Shown in pieces: positions 1-7,944 of a stretch of 11,056 nt of DNA (the stretch's first letter is position 1; every line of letters begins with the position of its first letter). Position numbers and translations under genes: made by a program. A model generated the notes under the pieces. That model saw nothing but the letters and a program-made list of their open reading frames with translations. It was not told where the DNA came from and searched no databases. Location: NCBI RefSeq assembly GCF_000150275.1, contig NW_002061081.1, positions 1 to 11,056 of the forward strand, in the 5' to 3' direction. The stretch comes from Trichoplax adhaerens. Its lineage: Eukaryota; Animalia; Placozoa.

Positions 1-300
1 TAATAAAAGTATATGGAGAATATCATAACAGTGTAGCGGACTGCTATGTCGACACAGCAGTAGCGTATCATGGGTTGGGTAAGTATGATAGTGCAATTTC
101 AATGTACGAAAAGGCCAACAGAATTTTTACTCATATTCACGGAGAAAATCATCCTTACCTTGCCAGTACTTATACAATGATGGCAATTTCATATGAAAAC
201 CAACATCGATACAATGATGCTGCTTCTATGCAACAAAAAGCTACCAGTATTCGTCAAACACTACAAGATGGTAATGCCAATCAATTATTCGCAAATCAAG
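1..300 (+). CDS. TPR-repeat exon (kinesin-light-chain/nephrocystin-3-like 42-aa TPR), 5'-truncated by the window; upstream part of a TPR-Roc gene
   Basis: The frame is open from base 3: IKVYGEYHNSVADCYVDTAVAYHGLGKYDSAISMYEKANRIFTHIHGENHPYLASTYTMMAISYENQHRYNDAASMQQKATSIRQ. This is two units of the G-x-x-H-P-x-x-A-x-x-Y...Y..A..M..KA..I TPR pattern. It ends at donor CAAG|GTAATT (300|301, phase 1). The ORF-track start at 75 is an internal TTG, not a real start. Confidence 0.9.
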
Positions 301-394
301 GTAATTTCTGTTTATTTAAACATAATTTTCAATCATTACATTGATAACATTTTCCCTTTAAGACACACGATATCTATTTACACTTTACTAATAG

Positions 395-457
395 GAGAAA
401 AAGTTCAAAAAATAAATCAAATACAGATCCAGGAGATTCCTAACCAAGATTTATCCG
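395..457 (+). CDS. Short linker exon of the TPR-Roc gene (GEKVQKINQIQIQEIPNQDLS)
   Basis: Acceptor cactttactaatag|G at 394|395 and donor CCG|GTAAGA at 457|458. The exon is 63 nt and phase 1-1, so it is frame-compatible with the TPR exon (94-nt intron) and with the Roc exon at 916. Confidence 0.7.
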
Positions 458-711
458 GTAAGATAAGAAATTGATAGGCTATTAAAATAATAATTGAAAA
501 AATTTTATATAAAATGTTTGTGCTCCGACAGTTTTCAACTTTTAATTTTGCGAGTATGATGCAATTTTATGATAGATTGCTCAAAATTCAAGAAAGTACA
601 TCTACATATGAAGCGTCATGAGAGATTTCTGTATATTTCAATGTTATATAACTATTGATCGCATATAAAATTGGATTATTTCACACATTTGATTCTTATG
701 AATTCATCAAG

Positions 712-788
712 ACCAAGTACTACAACCTGAGAAAGGTCCAAGTTCTAGTGATAATGATCGTGATGTAAACGAAGAAGAGGTGACAACG
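712..788 (+). pseudogene. Possible additional acidic linker exon remnant (DQVLQPEKGPSSSDNDRDVNEEEVTT)
   Basis: Open phase-1 frame after a weak acceptor (aag|, 711|712), with donor ACG|GTAAAT at 788|789. The exit phase (0) does not match the next acceptor (phase 1), so it is either skipped or decayed. Confidence 0.3.
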
Positions 789-915
789 GTAAATATTGAT
801 ACGGTATCTAATGGATTAATCGCTATCCATAAAATACACTAATATTACGATTTGAATACCTGCAAGTAATCCGCTTTGATTTCATGGATAGATAATATAA
901 TTTACTATTTTATAG

Positions 916-1620
916 CTATGAGAAAAAGAGCAGTATTTGACGCATACACGAAAGCATTAGAACAAAGAAGTTGCCGAAATGACATAATACGTGCTATGTA
1001 TGCCGGTCCTTGCTATGTCAGTAAATCATCCATTATGAAGTAATTTACTCAACAAGACCTTGTAAACCATCAATCTTCGACGCAAATTGTTGATGAGTCT
1101 GATATAATGGTCGATCTTGAAGTTTATGGCACTTATGATCGCAGATTATATGATCTTAGTCACATTTTGGATGCTAATATTAAGGCGATTATTGCATCGT
1201 TAGTTAACACTCAAGAGATAATTCAAACACCATCGGTTACAACCTCAGCAGATTTACAAGCAAAGGTAGGATATCCGTCAGTAAACACTGATAGTTCATG
1301 TCTAGCTGATATGAAGCTAAATACTGCCAGTACCTCAGCGTTTGAATCATCGGATACTTCTACAACATCTCCTCACAGTTTGTTAGACTTGCAACAACGC
1401 CAAGATGTCTTTCTGCATTATTTTTCGTCTGTCCTAAATAAAAATGAAGATATTATAGGCAATAGTCAATATGCTAAAATATGGGATTTCGGTAACCATT
1501 CTATATATTACGCTACTCAGTACCCGTTTCTATCGGGGAATGGTATCTATATATTCTAGTATTTAATATTACTCAAAATATTAACGATAAAGTCCAGACA
1601 AGAGATGATGATATATCATT
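916..1620 (+). pseudogene. Disrupted Roc (Ras of complex proteins) GTPase domain of a ROCO-family gene
   Basis: Acceptor tttactattttatag|CT (phase 1). Translation: MRKRAVFDAYTKALEQRSCRNDIIRAMYAGPCYVSKSSIMK*FTQQDLVNHQSSTQIVD... This shows the Roc-type 'AY.KALE' lead-in helix, a degenerate G1 (GPCYVSKS, 1005-1028) and a G2-like ST. Later comes AKIWDFGNHSIYYATQYPFLSGNGIY/ILVFNIT, matching the Roc consensus WDFAGQ..YY.TH..FLS...IYLLVF. There is an in-frame TAA at 1041-1043 and a 2-bp AT insertion near 1549-1553 that gives TAG at 1557-1559. No G4 motif or COR domain follows. Confidence 0.85.
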
Positions 1621-1934
1621 AATCAACATTGAAAGTACTACTACAAGTCTGTTAATAAGAACTCCAGATCTACGCGGAAGCAGACGAACGATTAGATGGT
1701 CCTCCTGCATCTCCTCGCAGTATTCTAGATTTACAGCAATGTCAAGATGTCTTCCAACATTAATTTTTATCTATAGATAATGAAAATAAAGACAGTCAAG
1801 GCAATAGCCAATTTGCTAAAATACGGGATTTCGGCTGTCATTCTATCTATCATGATACTCATCATCCGTTGTTATCGGGAAATAGTATCTATATTCTCGT
1901 ATTTAATATTACTCAAAATATTAACGATAAGGTC
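1366..1934 (+). repeat. Direct repeat pair of ~229 bp (1366-1594 and 1708-1934)
   Basis: The offset is 342 at the 5' end and 340 at the 3' end (2-bp indel). A 32-nt run, gtatttaatattactcaaaatattaacgataa, is identical at 1559-1590 and 1899-1930. Confidence 0.95.
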
Positions 1935-1946
1935 AAGATCACATAA
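1701..1946 (+). pseudogene. Second, diverged copy of the Roc G3-region segment
   Basis: Translation: PPASPRSILDLQQCQDVFQH*FLSIDNENKDSQGNSQFAKIRDFGCHSIYHDTHHPLLSGNSIYILVFNITQNINDKVKIT*. It aligns codon for codon with 1366-1594. Stops at 1761-1763 and 1944-1946; W->R change in the WDF motif. Confidence 0.85.
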
Positions 1947-2014
1947 TATAGTAAAATCGGGATTATTTCATGCACAATATTTTTGTTTTTTTATTTTATC
2001 TACAGTGCATTACT

Positions 2015-2033
2015 GTGCACTCTCAGAGTGCAC
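2015..2033. repeat. Perfect inverted repeat GTGCACTCT-C-AGAGTGCAC
   Basis: 9-bp arms around a 1-nt centre; GC-rich relative to the T-rich flanks. Confidence 0.9.
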
Positions 2034-2205
2034 GGCAAATTTTTGTATTTTGTTTGTACTGTGCAAGCAAATGTATGAAATTTTTTCGTTTCGGCAATAA
2101 ATTTCATACCCAACGAAAGAGAATAAGTTGATTTACAAGAATCCGTGTATTATTTTTCTACAGACTGTATATATATACCCGTTTCTCTATAGACGGAAGA
2201 TTTTG

Positions 2206-2225
2206 ATTTAAAATCGATTTTAAAT
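2206..2225. repeat. Perfect 20-bp palindrome ATTTAAAATCGATTTTAAAT
   Basis: The 10-bp arms are exact reverse complements. It is AT-rich and its function is unknown. Confidence 0.85.
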
Positions 2226-2423
2226 TCGATTAATTGCATATACTATGCTGGTATGTTCGTTTTCATGCGTCTGCATTCATTTATTGTCAAGAAAAAAATA
2301 TTGGAATTAAAGTAAATATAGCAACAGGTATTAAAAATAATCAGTCATTTTTACATAATTACTATATGCAATATGGACTCAGGCTAGCTTATTCATTACC
2401 ATAAATAGAAAACTTCTGACTAG

Positions 2424-2702
2424 CTATTGGCTCAGTAAGATACACAGACGATTTATCATTATCATTATGCGTAAACTAACTGCTTTCTTAAGATGTTGCA
2501 AATCTTCTTTCAACTCTTCAATCTCTTGGTCTCTTTTATTAAATCGCACTACGTCTCCATCATCTTTTTCCATACGGCTAGTAATAGCAAAGTCGTATTG
2601 TTCCTTATCATCGTCAGTATTTTGCTTTGCTTGGTCTTCTTTAGCGCTGCAGACTACAATTATTAATAATAATGAAGCTAGTACAACTAATTTGGAGTTC
2701 AT
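2424..2702 (-). CDS. Small secreted prepro-peptide (neuropeptide-, hormone- or antimicrobial-precursor-like); C-terminus uncertain
   Basis: AAAATG start; signal peptide MNSKLVVLASLLLIIVVCSA (n/h/c regions, C-S-A cleavage pattern); acidic region KEDQAKQNTDDDKEQYDFAITSRMEKDDGDVVRFN; dibasic KR; heptad helix DQEIEELKEDLQHLKKA. A possible donor GCA|GTTAGT at 2481|2480 means the last 18 aa may be intron read-through. An acceptor (cacttctag|, AG at 2725-2724) lies 21 nt upstream of the ATG. Confidence 0.8.
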   Translation of the reverse strand: MNSKLVVLASLLLIIVVCSAKEDQAKQNTDDDKEQYDFAITSRMEKDDGDVVRFNKRDQEIEELKEDLQHLKKAVSLRIMIMINRLCILLSQ

Positions 2703-2937
2703 TTTCTCTTTGGTGAATATTATCTAGAAGTGATAGATATAAATGACATTAACGCTTAATGTGAAATTTATGCCATTTAGGATCAATTCGCTGAAGTAAA
2801 CTATTCTAATTTTGAAATTAATCGCTGCTATACATCTTAATTCATTAATTACTGTACTGTAGCTAATTAATGATCAAATTCGATTATAATCCAAAAATTT
2901 TTCTAAAAAATTACTATCTTATCTTTATAATTCTAAC

Positions 2938-2973
2938 CTTCCTTGCACTTGGTTGCAAAATCGAATCGTGAAT
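2938..2973 (-). other. Predicted non-coding exon 1 (5' UTR) of the secreted peptide gene; intron 2937-2724 (214 nt)
   Basis: On the minus strand there is a donor AAG|GTTAGA at 2938|2937 and an Inr-like TTATTC (A at 2973) at canonical distance from a TATA box; the matching acceptor is at 2724|2723. Confidence 0.55.
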
Positions 2974-2997
2974 AACGTAGTGTTGATAGTGGACTAG

Positions 2998-3005
2998 CTT
3001 ATATA
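2998..3005 (-). promoter_or_regulatory. TATA box of the secreted peptide gene
   Basis: Minus strand TATATAAG (3005-2998), 30-32 nt upstream of the Inr-like A at 2973, followed by a short exon and a splice donor. Confidence 0.6.
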
Positions 3006-3211
3006 AGAATCGAGGAGGTTTGCAAGACACTATCAATCGGCAATCGTAATTGTATAGCTATTCGTATTTTGTACGCTTTCTATCAATCGCTGAATTCATT
3101 AGCTACTCATTAAACAGATCCATGCAATCATTGATCTTATTGTTAGGCATCTATTTTTGTTGAGAGTATAATGTTTGTGTCGATGTTGCGAATAAACACT
3201 ATTATAATTAT

Positions 3212-3219
3212 TGACGTCA
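3212..3219. promoter_or_regulatory. Consensus cAMP-response element (CRE) TGACGTCA
   Basis: Exact 8-bp CREB/ATF palindrome ~240 bp upstream of the predicted TSS; the only full copy I saw in the window. Confidence 0.55.
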
Positions 3220-3601
3220 GCTCAATAGCCTGCGGTGGTTGCATCCTCTTTCTACAGAGCTTATTTCGACATTTTCAAGAAATAAATTATTATCAAGAAT
3301 TTTGAGATGAAAATTCTTAATAACAGAAATAATCGAACCAATTTGGAATACCTTAACAACAGAAACGTAACTTCATTATGTATAATATAAATAATATAAG
3401 AGAAATTCGAGTTCATCAGGTCTTCTTATCAAGTTTCCTATGGCGCTATTCTGCTGGAAAATATCTTGCTTTACTATAGTCTGTTTTGTAATTCAATGTA
3501 TGGTATAATTATAACATGAGTTACTTTTGATCTAAAGTCCGTATTACCTTTGAAATATTTGGAGTAAATTTTAGTATTTATCAAATCAGGATTTTTTCTT
3601 A

Positions 3602-3818
3602 TTATTTAGTTCGCATGTATGCACGTTCTTTTAAGCGATACGAGTTCTAGTAAACATTTGATTATCTTAACTACGAAGATCAAGAAATTTAGCAAAGCCC
3701 TCATTGTAGTTATTTAGTTCGTATATTTCCACGTTCTTTTAAGTGATACGAGTTTCTAGTAAACATTGGATCATCTTAACTACGAAGATCCAAAAATTTA
3801 GCAAAGCCCTTATTGTAG
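3602..3818 (+). repeat. Tandem duplication, two units of 108/109 bp (3602-3709, 3710-3818)
   Basis: Both units run ttatttagttcg...cacgttcttttaag.gatacgagtt(t)ctagtaaacatt.gat.atcttaactacgaagatc...aaatttagcaaagccct.attgtag, with scattered substitutions and a 1-bp indel. Confidence 0.95.
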
Positions 3819-3895
3819 CCTCTCATAATACATTTTTTATCCATCATGCCAATAATAGATTGTAAAAACTTAAGCGGTATTCTAGATGAAATCAT

Positions 3896-3915
3896 ATCTA
3901 TCCCAAGGGATAGAT
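3896..3915. promoter_or_regulatory. Palindrome ATCTATCCC-AA-GGGATAGAT containing a consensus COE/EBF site TCCCAAGGGA (3901-3910)
   Basis: 9-bp perfect arms with a 2-nt spacer; the core matches the established Collier/Olf/EBF consensus TCCCNNGGGA. Function is inferred only. Confidence 0.4.
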
Positions 3916-6900
3916 TGCTTGAGGTCAAGTAATTTAAATCATAAATAGGATTCGAGGTGAATACCTGTAAGTTATTAAAACGTATATTCTGAGTTGTTGT
4001 TATCTTGAGAACATTTGCCTACTACAAATGAAACTGTTCCCTTCAGTCCCGTAACTACTTGAAAGAAAGTAGAATAGTTGACCTTTCTTCTAGCCGATTA
4101 ATCAATCAATCTGTTGCAATATATACGGAGGAAAATAAACTTCTATACTATTATTTAGCTAGAATTTTATACGAAGATATCGATTATGACTGCTATTGTC
4201 AATATAAAAGCCGCCTTTCTGTATAGATTTACTGGCTTACCAGTAGCAAACAATATGCACAAATGTCCATTATGCTATCACTTATTAATGTCTATAAATA
4301 ATTCCTTCCTGCAGTGCTTCTTACATCATAAGAGCTACCTTGGAACTAGAAACCTTCTATTTCATTAAGACTAATCTTGGGATACCTTATGAATGTCTAT
4401 CCAAGGATCATAATAAAGATCCATTTCGATCTCGTAATAACTTCTAATTCTTTAATCCGGTATAATGCATGAATTTTATCGTAATCTATCGAATTGATGC
4501 AACTGATTATTGCAGTATTTATAAATAGCTATTGCTTAGGAAAGCCCATGCAGTCAAAAAAAGTTAGATTTGTAATCTTTTACACTGTTTATGTAATATC
4601 TTGCTTCGTTTTGCGGATAGTACAATCATTTATGGGATTGATAAGAGTCAATAGTAAGTTTTGAGTTATTAGCACGAATGGCTATGATTATATTTTACGT
4701 ACTCTTTGCATATTATATGTATTTCATATTGTACGGCTTCGATCGACGACAATCTATTCAATTTTATATAATAGCATGCAATTCTTTTACGTCATTTGCA
4801 TGCCTGTGGCGTTGTTAATAATTCTGCATTTGTAAATTGTAATTAAATGCAAGAATAAAATGGTATCATTGATGTAAGTTGTTAATCAGAAATAAAGTTC
4901 TACACATAATCTATATTTAGTCTAGAATCAGGTAAAGATGAAGCAGAATGAATGGTATGCATTAATGATTCAAAGAAATGAGACAAAAATAATCTAGTAT
5001 ATTTGTAAATAGAGTTATTTGCTAGAATAAGAAAGCTATTAAACTACGCTAATGGAAGCAAAAAGCAACCAGGAATCTGTTCGATTTTTGTACAGTTTAC
5101 CAGATTGATACAGAATCCGTTACTGAGCTGATAGAACTCGTAATAAAGTTATCTTGTGCCAAAAAGTTGGAGCGAAAACGTTTATCCAAGAATAGCTTTA
5201 AACCACAATAGTGCAAGCCTAAAGAAATCGGCACATAAATTGAATGATTGACTTGATGAATAAGACAGCTTTACTGCGTAAAGATTCCGTGATTATTGTC
5301 TAACTAATAGGCTAATTGTGGATACAAATTTAATTCCTAAAAACTGGCCGATCATAAGAAATCGATGTTATACCCCCTGTTAAGGATTAGTTAATTAAGA
5401 AGAAAGTAAATTCAATAAGTAATCTATTTATATCTCAAGTTCAAATTACATCTGAAGTGGTCGAATAACGTTAATTGAAATCGTGAAATTGATGATTCAG
5501 GAGTAACGTCATATCGATTTCCCGACATTATTCTTTAGTAAGCGTTTCTGCAAATTTTAATTTCTAGAAACAGATTAGTTGTATGAGGAGATGATTTTAT
5601 TATTCAAAATATACCTCGAAATTGACTATTTAACTTGTAAGAGATGAATCTAGCCACTTATGGTATTCTACTGTGTTTCTTAATGCTACTATGACGCTGA
5701 TTTGTAATCATGAATCGTTGGACTATTCCGCTACCTATAACATTGTTACCTACTCTGCGAATATTACAGACTATATTCCAAATACAAAATATTCAACAGT
5801 TTTTATTAGTCTAGAAATAATCTAATCTTCACCATGCAATTTCAGTTTTGCTACCTTAATACAGTAATCAAAACGAAAATTACCTAGACACAAATTAGCA
5901 CTTATCACAAAGGATAATATCGTATAGCAGTCAAAGCGATTGGCAGTATTAAGTTATTAATTTAAACATCTGAATGTGGAAAAATATCATCAACTTGCTA
6001 CAAAAGGCTTTCCTGTAAGGATAGGCTTTTGCTGCAATCAAAAACAAATTTGAACCTATCAAATCTACCAAACACTATTTGAAGTCCCCAACATTAGATT
6101 GCTAACTTATGCTTATTCGAACGAAATCTTAGAATAATAAAAGTATTATGTAACGCCAACTACGTCTCTAAAAGTTAGCCAAGTTATCTTTTAGAAATTG
6201 CTTTAGCAAAACCAAATTTCCTTCCATATTACATTTACAATGTGAAATATACCAATCAACACTATCAAATGCGAATGCATGAATACACCCTGTTTTAATG
6301 GATTAAAGAAATTAACTATCCTACGGATTTAACCATTCGGCTCCTTACTTTCATAATAATTATAGAATGGTTCTTAAATTAAGAATATGCAATAATTATA
6401 AATTTACGTAAATGATGCTAATTGTGAACATTTGTTACTGTATAAGTGTATATGACTATCCGATGCCGTAACTTACTGTAAGCAACATGTGGTTCCATGT
6501 CAATTAAAGTAAAAAAATGATACTGCTTATTTTACCAAGGCCATGTGTATTTAATAAACCAATCATCATAGTTGAAGTTGTTAATTTCTATCTTCTTTCT
6601 AACATTGCAATAAAACACGTTCAATATGACTGTCATTATTTAAAGCAGATCATGACGAAACCATAGAGAATAATTACAATGAACTGCCAGTAACTTATTA
6701 TTTTCAATTTCTTTCTATTATTTTCTTTTTACTTTGATCTTAGCTTATTAGCAGGTTCATTTATTCCATACAAACCCTTAATACGAAAACGGATATGTCG
6801 CAAACTAGATTTGAATGTAATAAGAGATCTTGCTCTAGAACACCAGTGACGATAAAGGCTAGTCTAACAAATGACTAATTACCGTAATTTAACCCTGATG

Positions 6901-7944
6901 ACAACCTGAGTAGCGCACCTTAGCTAGCTTAAGTTATAATAATTAAAGTTTAGTTTATTATTACCATACGAATCTTGACAACCAAGTTTATATAGACTCC
7001 AGTCAACACACACTAAAGTATGAGATATAGCATAAACAACATTAATGAATCTTAAATCAATTATGGATCAATGAAAGACCAATTAATATACGACGCTTAG
7101 TACGATACTATTTCGCAACATGGAGCGTCGATAGTATTCTCCATTTTGGAAATTCATAATAGTGGTAATAAAATATCGTTGTTCCTAATTAACCATCAAT
7201 TACTACGGACATAAATTATCACAGCTATAAATAACAGTTAAGAGTTGTTTAGTAATATAAGACTAATTAATAACTCACAATTTCGTACAATTTTCATCCA
7301 TAAAGGAGTGAAGATTTACGGAGCCATACATGTACCGTAACAGGATATTTCAATAATCTGAAATTTTTAGTTTTCTGACCAAGAGATTATGGATACCTCA
7401 ACTATCAATTTGAATATTAATATAGTCTAAATATTAACATCATCGCAGTGGATTTTTCTAGTCAGATATTCGATACACTCTTAACAGAGATTCGATTTAC
7501 GAATTAAACTGTATAACGTTTTCCTTTATCTTCCATATCCAGCACATATGGTAACTTATGGTTTTATATTACTTTCTTATTCAATTTTTCAACCGGATAA
7601 TAATTTATGGTATTCATACGTCAACGAGTGATAATCGAAAGCAATTGCTAATTTTTTTAATTGTCAAGCTTTGACCATCTGAGCAATAGCCAAAGTACCT
7701 TTATCCAAAACACAGTGGTTCATTTCTGCAATCTTAATATCGCAACCAGAAATGAAAATTGCGACACAAAAATTCGAACCTGTTGCAAACGATAGCTTTA
7801 TATCACGGCCTAAATGATTAGTAAAATCAAGTTTTCGATGAAATATTTGAATATAGAAGGCACAATATATGATCAACTCGCTATGAAACGCTACAACCAC
7901 AAACAAATTTGATCTTATAGAGCTATCAATCGTTCGTTGTTTAA

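Noticed and set aside
193-474. 93-aa ORF in the track
   Set aside because: It is an off-frame overlap of the TPR exon plus intron; only 395-457 is a plausible exon.
1996-2058. Minus-strand YKQNTKICRAL*ECTVMHCR* as a TGA read-through or selenocysteine peptide
   Set aside because: The Cys codons arise from the TGCA-rich palindrome, no SECIS-like element is visible, and use of this exon is unproven.
1780-2100. 106-aa hydrophobic ORF
   Set aside because: It is an alternative frame over Roc copy 2 followed by T-rich low-complexity sequence; the homologous frame is a different one.
2170-2200. TATACCCGTT.CTC resemblance to the DINE-1/Helentron terminus
   Set aside because: Short match only, with no partner subterminal inverted repeat.
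2467-2727. 86-aa plus-strand Ser-rich ORF
   Set aside because: Antisense shadow of the secreted peptide ORF.
3290-3323. 14-bp stem with one mismatch
   Set aside because: Almost entirely A/T; expected by chance in this composition.
4186-4368. 60-aa ORF with a CxxC motif
   Set aside because: Short, with no recognisable domain and no supporting splice or promoter context.
5052-5303. Rel-homology-like phrase (YRIRY) in a plus frame
   Set aside because: The frame has many stops and the similarity is limited to a few residues.
6001-6031. Imperfect hairpin (12 of 14 pairs)
   Set aside because: Isolated, with no associated gene, repeat or RNA motif; bacterial terminator logic does not apply here.
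6846-6909. Possible box C/D snoRNA (GTGACGA ... CTGA)
   Set aside because: Non-consensus C box, no terminal stem, and only an 8-nt rRNA-like complementarity that is not adjacent to the D box.
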